64,000 nt of DNA from the human T2T-CHM13v2.0 reference genome, Homo sapiens. This document shows, in pieces, positions 47,793 to 64,000 of this stretch. Where the stretch lies: NCBI RefSeq assembly GCF_009914755.1, contig NC_060938.1. The stretch is one strand, 5' to 3'. The translations under genes were made by a program, and so were the position numbers. The stretch's first letter is position 1. Each line of letters starts with the position of its first letter. Under the pieces are notes generated by a model. The model was given only the letters and a program-made list of their open reading frames with translations. It was not told the DNA's origin and searched no databases.

Positions 47793-49237
47793 GGGTGCCA
47801 GTTCTAACTCATTCTGGGCTTTGGTATTAGGCAGCCCTAAGACAGAAATATATTATTACTCAATATCAGCATTTATATCAGTAATAAATAGGGTCTCCAT
47901 TTGTTAACTAATTTGTCCTATTTCTCAGCTGGTGGAGGACTTGGGTTGGTAGGGGGTGTTACTGGGCCCCCTCAAATACCTCACATGGGTAGATAGCCTC
48001 CCTGGCCGCTCAGGACCACTGGGTGGAAGAGGCTGTCACATGAGCCCTTATGTAATGGCTATTAGGAAACTCTCTTTAAGATAGCTGTGGCTTCTCTTTT
48101 CCCAGTGGTATCCTGCCCTTTCCAGAGGAGGCTGCCGTGAGGTGATTGGAAGGAATGTGTCCTGGTCTCCATCAGAGCTGTTGAGTCAGTCACTTGGCCG
48201 CTCAGCAGAATTGCTCAAGTAGACTGGGAAGGAGACCCCAGGATAGTTCATGAGTGGCTATGTTACTGTCCCATGGCAGTGCCGAGAGGAGACGCTCATG
48301 CACAAAGGGGATCAGAAGCAGGCTTAGGAAGCCCAGCCCTGCAAGCCAAGGGCAAAGGCCAGCCTGCTGTCACCTGCAGGAAGGGAGTGCGGGTTCATAT
48401 CCTCCTCCTCAGGAGGGAGGCCAGAAGATAAGAGATCATGCTCATGTAATCCACACAGGTCACCCCGTGGGTATAGAGCTGGCTGAACAAGGGCAAAGGG
48501 GAGATAGCTGCTGCGTCCTCCTCCCTGGGAAGGCATGACTACAGGGCAGACAGAGGCCAGGAGGGCTCCCTTAGGAGAGTGCCCTGCCCAGGGATTACTA
48601 AGGAGGGGCCGTATTCTAGTCTCTCAGTGAAGAGGAGTGGGCAGTTGTACAGGGGAAGAGCCCCGACAACCCTCTGAGCTTCCAGGTCCTGTTGTCCAGC
48701 CAGTGGGTTACCCAGGGGAACTCTTTGCTCTTTTGCCTTCTTCTAGGTCCTGCCTCTGCTACTAGTGTTTGGAAATGCTCATTAATTTTAATACTAACAT
48801 GGGGAAAGCTAATTAGGAAGGTGAATCCACTGCAAAATAAATTATCTGATGCATTTACAAAGGAATGAATTATCTATTGTTCAGGATTGCTCTGCTCCAC
48901 TCCCCTTCCATTAGCACAGCTCAGAGCCAGCCGGGTGTGAGCTGCACTTGTTCTTCCACTGTGGGGGCCAGAGGATGCTGTAGACAATAAGCATGAATAA
49001 GCTTCAAGGAGGAAGAGGTCCTGTTAGGCCAGGGCAGACAGAAAGCCTTCATAGAGCTGGGAATTGAACTAATTTTTAGCTGGGGGAGATATTCTACAAC
49101 ATAATTTGTCATGACTATTCATGATTCCATTGTATAGTTTTTACAATTTGGTCAATCACCTATTGTTGAGTCAATCCCCTATTGTTGAACATCGAAGTTA
49201 TTTCTATTTTTTGTTGCTATAAATAATACTGTAATGA

Positions 49238-49959
<722 letters not shown>

Positions 49960-49990
49960 CACACATTTAAAAAATCATTTTTTTTTCTGA

Positions 49991-50080
49991 TTGCCAAAGT
50001 AATACTCACCGTAAAACATTCAAACACAAGATTGTGCTTGAATGTGTTTGAATGTTTTACGGTGAGTATTACTTTGGCAA
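49991..50080. repeat. Perfect 38-bp inverted repeat with 14-nt spacer
   Basis: TTGCCAAAGTAATACTCACCGTAAAACATTCAAACACA (49991-50028) and its exact reverse complement (50043-50080). Confidence 0.98.
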
Positions 50081-50239
50081 AAAAAAAAAAAAAAAATAAT
50101 CAGAGCATCATTGGTTTTGAAAATGAAAGTCTCCTATAGTTTCACATCTCAGAATTATTTTATGCTGACTTTTAAAAATGAGACACTAACATGTAACAGA
50201 AACACCTCTGAAGACTTACTTTTCATCACACTTAGAATG

Positions 50240-51015
<776 letters not shown>

Positions 51016-51449
51016 TTAAACTCTATAGTTCTGAAACCTGTTTTTGTGTGTGTGGTTAACAGGAGTCTCTTAATAGATAATACCTAGTACTTTTTTCAAT
51101 TCCCTTATACATTCATTTGAAGTGTGCATTATAAAATTCATTGTTCAACATACAAATGAGTATCATTGACTTTGGGATCAAAGGAAGGGAAAATTATTCA
51201 AAAGAGCACTGTATGTATTTACACAGATGAAGCTGCTTTTTTACTGAACGGTATATCATGGACATCTTTTCACATCAATATATAAATCTTTCTAGTCTGC
51301 ACAGTGGTACACAGTTTATTTACCCAATTCTCTTTTGATGGGCATTTGGATTGTTTCCAATTTTTCTATATTATAGACAATGTTGCATTGCACATCCTTA
51401 CACATATATCCTTTGCATGCTTTTAATGTTTTATATCTTTTATCTGAGA

Positions 51450-53500
51450 TGATGGAAAAACCTACAAGCATGAATGTCTAGCATGAGATTGGAAATGCAG
51501 TCTGGGAGCTGAGAGCTATCTAGCTTGGGGGTAGATTGGAGATTTCTTCACACATATCCAATCACTGAAGTAATAGGAATCCATGAAATATAAAGAAGGA
51601 AATCGAGCAAAGCTGGAAAACATGAATCTTAAGCAATGTCTGCACTTAGAGGGCAGGAGGAGGGAGGCAAGAAACTATTCATTTTTGACAGTTATTTCTT
51701 GATTGGTATTTTCTGAAGACTGGAAACACAATGACACAGTATGAGTGATGTGGACTTTGTTCCTGCCTTCCTGTGGCATACAGTCTCATGGAAGAGGAAC
51801 GCAGAAAATAAACAGTGAAATCAGATGATCATAATAGAGTGGATAATACAAGATGACATGGAAGTACATAGGAGGGCAATTGCCACAGACGACAGCCTTA
51901 ATGGAAAGTGCTCTAGAGGTTACCTCTGAGCTGAGCCTGATGTAAATAGGAGTTAGCCAGGTGAGGTGGTGCGGGTCAGGAGTGAGGAAGACTTCCAAGC
52001 TGAAGGAACAGCACTTTCAAGGTTCGGAGTTGTGAGGGAATGTGGCACATCCAGGGCACTGAAAAAAAAAGTTTACTGTGTGTGTCAGGAGACACACACA
52101 GTAAAGTGTGTGAGAGTGAGGTGGGTGGTGGGGGAGAGGACTGAGAAGTAGGCAGGGGCCATGATAAGAGGTTTGGCTTTAATTTTAAAGGCAATGAAGA
52201 ATTTTAAGCAGGGAGGTCGTGAGATCAGTTCTGTAGGTACATTAGACAATGACTCCGACTGCAGTGCGGACAATGTATTGAAGGGTGTGGCATGGGAGAG
52301 AATAAGACCAGAGGGTCACCTGGTGGGAACCAGGGAAGAGGGGATATGGCTCTAAGTCAGAGTAATAGTGTTGGGCGTAAAGAGCAGTGGATGGATTCTA
52401 GAGGCATTTAGGAGGATTGGGAGGTAGAATTGACAGGACTTCGTTACAGGCTGGATTGAAGGGGAGAATGAAAGTGAAGAATCAAAGATGACAAATGAAT
52501 GCAAAGAGCAGCTCCTGGTTTGGGTAATCGAGATAGGAAGATAAGCTGGTCCGGAAGGCAGTAAGGATGAAAACTTTACCTCTGGACAAGTCCCGTTTTT
52601 TGTGGGATGTCCAAGTAGAGGTGTTAAGCAGACAGGAGAGAAAGATCTGGGCTGGAGACAGCTCGGTGTCACGGGCATCCAGACAGAATTGACACCTTGG
52701 TAAATGTGAACTCTATAACATCCGGGACTTTGTCTTCTTCATTGTGATACCTCAGGGCTTAGAACCTTGCCTGATTCGTGGTGTGTGCTCAGTAAATATT
52801 TGTGGAGTGAAGGAGTGGATGAGATCACTCGGGGAAAGTGAGGGAAGAAGAAGGCCCAAGCCAGAAAGCCAAGGAGCACAGGGAGTGTCACTGCTGCACA
52901 GGAGAAAGAGAGACAGAAGGAGGGAGAGAGAGAGACAGGGAGGAGAGAGAGGGAGAGAAAAGAGAGAGGGAGAGAGAGGGGCATGTCAGGGACACAGAGA
53001 GGAAGCAGTCAGGGCAGGAGGAGGAGCTGGGCGAGGAGAGGCAGGAAGTGGTGAATAATGTCAAAGCTGTTGAGAGTAACTCAAAGGGGCAACAAAAGTC
53101 CAAGAGATTTGGACAACACGGAGGTCATTAGTAATCTTGAGGAGACTGTTTTCAGAGGACAGAGGAGTGACAAGGAAGGGTGTAAGGGGAGATAAGAAGT
53201 ATACATGACCCTTTCAGGAAGTTTGACTGTGAATTAGGTATAAAAGGCAGTGAAAACAAGAGTATTTTTTTTAAGAGATGGAGACTTATGGATTTTTTCA
53301 TGATTTTGAGAAAGAACAGCAGAGAGGAGATTAAAGACTCAACAAGATGACAGGATAATTGTTAGAGAGAGGTGAGGAGATGGGAGGAGATGAGATTTCC
53401 TTCAAGATGGAGGAATGGGCTCAAGTCAGTAAAGAGACAAGTTCCATTTTAACCAGAAAAATGAAATGCCGGTTACGATGAATTTCCAGGTTTGCAGGTG
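51450..53500 (-). mobile_element. L2 fragments
   Basis: GGAACAGCA...TTTTAAGCAGGG...GTGGATGGATTCTAGAG...GGAGGTAGAATTGACAGGACTT L2 motifs. Confidence 0.7.
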
Positions 53501-53973
53501 AGAAGTTGGGGTGTTTTTATCTGGTGTCCTCCAGACTTTCCTTGAGGCCACCAAGCAATGATGGGGAATGGCTATGGAGTAAGGAAAAGCAGTAGCAGAG
53601 CAGTGAAACGGGAGTCAATGGGAAAGAGGGGTCCATCCAGAGACAGGGAAGGCAACACAGGCCCAGTATCATGGAGCGAAGAACATGAGGACTGATGAGG
53701 CATAGGGCTGGTCAGTTGGGGATTATTCATAATATCTGAAGTTTCTGGAAAGTGATAGAGGTTGGACCCTCTACTGTCAGGATCTGAGAAATGAGCAGAT
53801 ATGTGAGGAGTGAAGTCAGCAGTTATATATAACTGGAGAGAATTCTGGAAGGGGAAAGCAGGAGTAGAGGGAGTGCTAAGGGTCATCTGAGCTTAATTCA
53901 GGATTTTTAAAAGAAGTGCAGCTAGGCTTGGACATGGGGCAGGAGAGGGAGGGTTTGAAATGTTGGAGGAAGA

Positions 53974-54272
53974 GGCCGGGCACAGTGGCTCACGCCTGTA
54001 ATCCCACCACTTTGGGAGGCTGAGGCGGGTGGATCACCCGAGGTCAGGAGTTCCAGACCAGCCTGGCCAACATGGTGAAGCCCTATCTCTACTAAAAATA
54101 CAAAAATTAGCTGGGCGTGGTGGCCGGTGCCTGTAATCCCTGCTACTTGGGAGGCTGAAGCAGGAGAATCACTTGAATTCGGGAGGTGGAGGTTTCAATG
54201 AGCCGAGATCACATCATTGCACTCCAGCCTGGGCAACAAGAGTGAAACTCCATCTCGAAAAAAAAAGAAAAA
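53974..54272 (+). mobile_element. Alu (AluSq-like)
   Basis: Full dimer. Confidence 0.95.
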
Positions 54273-55049
54273 ATGGTTGGAGGAAGAAGAAACAGAGAAG
54301 CCAGAGGGAGATGAGATCAAATGTGTGGTGGATGAGTTAGCCCTAAAATGTGGAGGGACCCTTCTCTTTTGTGACAGGAAAGAAGCTGGACAGGCTTGGC
54401 ACACCAGCAGAGAGGTGGAGGTATGGACTCGAAATTCCGGGGAAATTGTTATTTCTCTATGGGTTATGCATGGGAGAGCAGGAGGTACTTGTTCTCTACT
54501 TTCCCCAAACCTCTACTTCACAGGCAATAAGACATTTGATGCCCACCCCATCCCTAGCAATCTGACCCACTGGTTAGGTCAAAACCGAGGACTAAGCATT
54601 TGGCAGTCTCTGCCCTGGCCCTAACAGTTTGAAAGACTATTGTAGCTCCTGCCTCAGTGCCCCCTTTTGGGAAGGAAGAATCACAGAAAATCAGGGCAGG
54701 AAGTGAGCTCAAAAACATGCGGTTCACATCTCAAAGTACACAGATGGGAGAAGTTAAGTCACCATCACCGAGTCTCCCAAGCATTCACCTTTTCTCCCCA
54801 GCTGTTAATTTATGACTCTCTTGTGAAACTCTTCATCATCTCTCCATTGTCCATGGAAAGAAGTCCTCAGTCTTCAGCTTGGGATTCAAGGCCCTCCACC
54901 ATTTGGCCTCACTTGACTGCAAGCCTCAGGTTCTACTTCCCTCTTACACATATAAAACCTTTTCATCTGGGCTAATGTTCTTTCAAATTGGAGCACCTTA
55001 CCTTCATCTCAAATTAATGTTTGTGTATAGTGTGAAATGACAAAGTTAG

Positions 55050-56310
<1,261 letters not shown>

Positions 56311-56324
56311 CTAGCTAAGTGTCA

Positions 56325-56371
56325 TATTAGTCAGGGCTCTGCAGAGAAACGGTACCAATAAGATATATAGC

Positions 56372-56408
<37 letters not shown>

Positions 56409-56791
56409 ATTTATCTATCATCTTCCCACCTTTCTATATGTGTAGATAGGTAGATAGATAGATATGAAGTTTATTATAAGGAATTGACTTACATGATTAT
56501 GGAGGTAGAGAAGTCCCAAGATCTGAGGTTGGCAAACTCGAGGCCCAGGACAGCTAATGGTATATTTCCAATCTGAGCCTGAGTTCAAAAACAGAAGACT
56601 GATGTGATTTCCTCACTTGAAGATAGTCAGCTTAAGAGAGCAAATTCTCTCTTACTCAGCCTTCTGTTCTCTTCCGGCCTTTAATAGATGGAATGAGGCC
56701 CACCCATATTGGGGAGGGCAATCTGCTTTGCTTATCTATCAATTCTCATGTTAATTTCATCCCAAATCTCTCCCTTGCACACACACGCACA

Positions 56792-56824
<33 letters not shown>

Positions 56825-56892
56825 TAATGTTTAACCAAATATCTGGGCACCTTGTAGCCCAGTGAAGTTGACATAAAATACTAGCCATCACA
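56325..56892 (-). mobile_element. MLT2 LTR (3' LTR of ERV-L), containing (TATC)n at ~56373-56420 and (CA)n at ~56778-56823
   Basis: ATTAGTCAGGGCTCT...GTTTATTATAAGGAATTG...AAGTTGACATAAAA...CCATCACA. Confidence 0.9.
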
Positions 56893-57141
56893 AGTCCATC
56901 AACTAATCTCATCAACTTGGCACCTATATGTATCTCCTTAAGCCATACTTAATCTCCAAATAAAGACACTAACAAGGCTGTAATTCCACCTAACCTGATA
57001 CAGCTATTCTGTGTATAACCAAAACACACTAACCCCCTCCCCAGAAGAGGAGCTAAAGTCCTTCAGTGATGTATACTTTCTCTATGAAATCCTGTAACTT
57101 AAATACTATGGTATAAAAGTAACTATATGTAAATACTATGA

Positions 57142-57359
<218 letters not shown>

Positions 57360-57464
57360 AAAGAGAAGAAAACAAAGATATTTCTCTACAAAGAGTAGAG
57401 AAGAAAACAAAGATATTTGCTTAGCGTATATGTGGATAGATTTATACACACAAATATACACTCA

Positions 57465-58139
<675 letters not shown>

Positions 58140-59417
58140 TTACAGTCCTTATTTCTGTAACCAGTCACATAGTTGTAGCTTCTTTCACTATCCATTAGGT
58201 ATTCCCTTTGCCTTCAGCAAGCACCTCAGATGGCATGGTTCTTTACCTTTGAAGTGACCCAAACCTTCATTCCTGAAGGGTCTGAGCCAGTCATAGTCCT
58301 GCCCGGATTGGATTGTTGTAGTTTTCCATTGACCTTAATCACAGGACATGCTTTAAGGGATCACTTGTGTTCCAGACAAACTCTTCCTTTTCTCCACTGT
58401 GGAGTAGCAGTCCAATTTCCCCTAGGTAGTCAGGATTAATTATGCCAGTCGGCACAGTAACTCCCTTCTTTGCCTGTTGATTTGGAGGCATAAGGAGTCC
58501 AAAGTGGCCAGGTGGCAGTCTCAACTTCCAGTTCAATAGAATCATTGTTGTGTCTCCTGGTGGAAACATTCCTCCCTTCAGAACTAAGACCACTAAGCCA
58601 GCAGAGCATAAGGTCATGAGAATAGGAAGCAAAAATTTTGCTAGTGGGGCACTAGTGATAATAGTGGGTGTTTCTACTCTATGATTCCTGGAGCTGTGAA
58701 TCTTGGCTATGGGAAGAAGAACACCATACATTGGACTCTGGTTCAGAGCATATATACAGCCTTCTGGATAACCTTGCTGCAGACCTACAAAGTATTGCCG
58801 CTGAGCTGGCACTGTAACTGAGTCTTCAAAAGGCCATTCCATTGTACTTTCAAACCAGCTGCTTCAGGATGGTGTGGAACACGGTAAGATCAGTGAATTT
58901 CATGAGCATGGGCCCACTGCTGCACTTCTTTTGCTGTGAAGTGAGCTCCCTGATTGAAAGCAATGCTGTGTGTAATACTATGACGGAGGATAAGACATTC
59001 CATAAGTCTGCGGATAGTAGTTTTGGCAGAAGCATTGCATGCAGGGAAGGCAAATCCATATTCAAAGTGTCTATTCCAATAAGAACAAAATGCTGCCCTT
59101 TCCATAATGGAAGCCATCCAATGTAATCAGCCTGCCTCCGGGTAGCTGTTTGTTTAGCTGGAGGAACAGTGGCATATCAGGGACTCAGTGTCGGTCTCTG
59201 ATGCTGGCAAATTGAACACTCAGTGGTGGCTGTAGCCAAATCAGCCTTGGTAAGTGCAGTCCATGTTGTTGAGCCTATGCATAACCTTCATCTCTGCCAC
59301 CATGGCCATTTTATCCATGAGCCCATTGGGTGATGATGGGATGATTGTGGAAAGAGGCTGACTGGTGTCCATAGAATTAGTCATCCTATCTATTTGATTA
59401 TTAAAATCCTCCTCTGT

Positions 59418-60125
<708 letters not shown>

Positions 60126-60686
60126 TCAGATAGGTCTATCCACATACTCTTCCCCAAATTTATTTGTCATCACTTTTGCAATTATGTTCCTTACAAGTCT
60201 GAGGCCATCCAGGAAACCACTGGCTACTATGAATCAGTATATAACCACATGTCTGGCCATTTCTCCTTCCAAATACATTGTGCAACCAAGTGCTCTGCCC
60301 AAAATTCTGTCCTAAGGACAGTGGTAAAGGGAATTCTTCCTAATGGAAGAGGGAAGAGATCGCTGCCCTGGCTGAGATGACTGCATACTCCAAGTGAACT
60401 GCCCACTCCAAGAGGTAGAAGCAAAGAGGAGACACAGGAGACTTCTAAGATCTCTCTTATTGCCCTTGAAGGCTGCAGATCCTGCTCCTTTGCCCCTGGG
60501 ACCCTGGAGAGCCCCTGTCTTGAGGACCCCCAATTGCAGGTGCCTGTTTTGCTCTGGGATGCTCCTGCCTGGGTTGTAGTGCTAGAGGTGGCCCACGTGA
60601 GGCAGCAGCCTCCTGGGTCCCTGGTGCCCACTGAGCTTTGCTGGAGCAGTGGGAACTGAAGGATGATCATGTTGCAGACCCAACCA

Positions 60687-60987
60687 ATGGTTCTGGTCCG
60701 TGGCCTGTTCGGAACCGGGCAGCACAGCAGGAGGTGAGTGGCGGGTGAGGTCCACCTCTTGTCAAATCAGCAGTGGCATTAGATTCTCATAGGAGCATGA
60801 ACCCTATTGTGAACTGTGTAGGCGAGGGATCTAGGTTGTGTGCTCCTTATGAGAGTCTAATGCCTGATGATCTGAGGTGGAACAGTTTCATCCCGAAACC
60901 ATCCCTCCACCCCTACCTTCGTCCTTCCATGGAAAAATTGTCTTTCACAAAACTGGTCCCTGCTGCTAAAATGATTGGGGACTACTG
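60687..60987 (+). mobile_element. MER1B (hAT-Charlie), 5' end missing
   Basis: GGTCCGTGGCCTGTT...GCACAGCAGGAGGTGAG...ATTAGATTCTCATAGGAGC...TTGGGGACTACTG. Confidence 0.9.
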
Positions 60988-62519
60988 CTTTAGGGATGTC
61001 CCAGAAAGGGGCTGTTATGATGCAGCTGTCCACTTTTGGGTGGTGCCTGCACATTGTGCAGAACTATTACCAGGCCTGATCTCTTCTTCTGTGAACTGAT
61101 CATTGGGTATTCCCAACAAGGTCATAGGTGCAGGCTGGGAGAGAGGAGGCAGTGAAGCAGAAGTAGGAATTATGGGCATTTGGGCCACTTCCTCATGTAA
61201 TTTACTTGTTCTTCAGGACTTGCTTGAGCCTGACCACCTATATACCATTTCCATTTGATGATGGAGTACTGCTGTGCACATCCAACTTCATGGCTTAGTG
61301 GGTCAGATAGCACCCAGTTCATGATAGGCAGCTCAGGTCACATGGTAACTTGGTGGCCCATGGTCAAACATTCAGTCTCTACTGAGGCCCAGTAGCAGAC
61401 CAAGAGCTGTCTCAAAAGGAGTGTAGTTATTTGTGAATGATGGCAGGAACTTGCTCCAAAATCCTGAAGGCCTCCACTGTGATTCACCCATGAGGGCCTG
61501 CCAAAGGCTCCAGACAGATCCCTATCTGTCACTGATACCTCAAGCACCATTGGATCTGATGGGTCATATGGCCCAAGTGACAGAGCAGCTTGCATAGCAG
61601 CCTGGACCTGTTACAGAGCCTTCTCCTTGTCTAGACTCCACTCAAAACCAGCAGCTTTTCAAGTCACTTGGTAAATGGGGCAGAGTTACACACCCAAATG
61701 AGGAACATGTTGCCTCCAAAATCCAAAGAGGCCTACTAGGCATTGCACCTCTTTTTTGGTTGTAGGAGGGGCCAGATGCTACAAGGTGTCCTTCACCTTA
61801 GAAGAGATATCTTGACATGCCCCATACCACTGGACCCCTAGAAGTCTCATTAAATGAAACCACATCCGAAATAAAACCACAACAGCAATACAACCACATC
61901 TGGTACAGCAGCTGCAGTGGGAATCATCACCTGGTTAAGTTCATAGTAATCCACTGTCATTCTCCATCTGTCTTTTGCACAGGCCAAATGGGCATGTGGA
62001 ATAAGAATGTGGTGGGAATTGCCACCCCTGCCTCCTTGATGATGGCCCTACTCTCTGCAGTCCCTCCAGGAATTAAGTATTGCTTTTGGCTTACTCTTTT
62101 CCTAGGTAGAGGCAGTTCTAGTGTCTTCCACTTGGCCTTTCCCACCAGAATAGCCCTTCCTCCACAAGTCAGGGAACCAATGTGGGGATCTGTCAGCTGC
62201 TGAGTGTATCCATTTCAATTATGCATTCTGGAACTGGGGAAATAATCACAGGATGTCTTTGGGGATCCACTGGACCCACCGTGAGATGGACCTGGGAAAA
62301 AAAATCTTGAGCTGCATTCACATTAGTGATTCATAAACTGATAAGCATGAGAGCCTTTCAGGTTATAAGAAAGGGATACAAGGACGCAAAAGAGGGAATT
62401 CAACATAAATGAAGAAGGAACCTAACTCAGCCATGGGGCGAGAAGGTGTCTGTGAACTCACAGTGAGCAAGGCTGTATTTGGGAGATGGAAGTATTTTGA
62501 AGTGTTCTTTGAGGTTGAC

Positions 62520-62942
62520 TCTTTAGCTTCCCTTCACATCAACCATGGTAATTCCATTCCCCTTGGGAGGGACTAGCTAAAGAATGGGCATGTATCCAAT
62601 TCTGGCTAATGGTACAAAAAGAAGATTCTACAGGAGACTGCTGGTAAAAGCTTCCATGCTTCTGAAAAAACACGAAAGCTTTCTTTTTCTGCGTGTTATT
62701 GTGTTTGGTGCAGACGTCGTATTACCACAAAGGGAGCCAGCTGAAGGAAAAAGCCAATGTCCTGCGGAGAGAAAAGCAGAGAAATGGAGGCTGCTTGGCT
62801 CCTTGAGGACACCTTGAGCCACTCATCGTACCACACCTGGAACCCACTACTTCTAGACTAACTATTATATGAGATAATACATTTCCTTACATGTTTGAAT
62901 CTGTGTTTTCTATTACTTATGGCTAAGGCATCCTAACCAACA
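62520..62942 (+). mobile_element. Old MLT1 (K/L-like) MaLR LTR
   Basis: GGGCATGTATCCAATTCTGGCTAATG...ACTTCTAGACT...TATGAGATAAT...TTTTCTATTACTT. Confidence 0.6.
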
Positions 62943-63108
62943 GAGAGTATGGGACAGATTTCCTGCATTAACTGGTAGGAGCTTAGAGCTAAGATTTGGG
63001 TACTAAGGAGGTGTAACTGGTATCTTCACAGGCTGGGGGGACCAGGACAAAGGGGTCATTCATTCTTCTCTGCATGTCAGGGGAGACTCTACAACCCAGC
63101 TGAGGTAG

Positions 63109-63785
<677 letters not shown>

Positions 63786-64000
63786 TCCGTTTTTTAAATC
63801 AAAATGAATCTAACCTTGAGCCCCCAGTCCTGTTCATTGGGCAGATTATTAATCTGTCATTCTGGAAGTGCAATCTCTCCCCTGAAATATTGTGCCTACC
63901 TGGGCAAAAGTGTGGGGGCCTCCCAACCAGTCATCAGCCGGTGATCTGCCCTAAGTTTTCCTTTGATGCCTCACATCCCTTCTGGTTTGTTGATTTTGCT

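Larger units (their letters stand above)
46839..48594. repeat. Inverted duplication, arms 46839-47077 and 48357-48594
   Basis: Manual alignment: about 25 differences in ~239 bp. Confidence 0.95.

Noticed and set aside
52900-53045. GA-rich tract giving Arg/Glu-rich ORFs (also 46010-46095)
   Set aside because: Simple low-complexity purine repeat.
60398-60410. 13-bp inverted match (AACTGCCCACTCC) to ~48634-48646 as possible donor of the 340-bp insert
   Set aside because: The match does not extend; 13-mers recur by chance in 64 kb.

Overview
Primate (very likely human) euchromatic DNA dominated by repeats: about 45 Alu copies (roughly a fifth of the window), L1/L2/MIR fragments, many solo LTRs (LTR12, LTR8, THE1, MLT1, MER4-like, LTR41/LTR33/LTR16-like and others), DNA-transposon fossils (MER63, Arthur1, MER44, MER1B, MER91) and a decayed ERV-L provirus (MLT2 LTR plus dUTPase/integrase/RNase H/RT remnants) at ~56.3-62.3 kb. 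I recognise no intact protein-coding gene and cannot name the locus; almost all track ORFs are repeat-derived or chance. The most interesting signals are structural: (1) an L1 insertion whose target-site duplication also encloses ~670 bp of non-L1 DNA, (2) a perfect 38-bp-stem hairpin, (3) two inverted duplications of locally unique sequence, (4) a micro-inversion plus ~340-bp foreign insert in the ERV-L pol, and (5) a four-monomer Alu. There are also a candidate signal-peptide exon downstream of an LTR12, a candidate minus-strand terminal exon and a CTCF-like site with upstream motif. None of these is demonstrated to be a new biological system. Repeat subfamily names come from my recall of consensus sequences and need RepeatMasker/Dfam confirmation.
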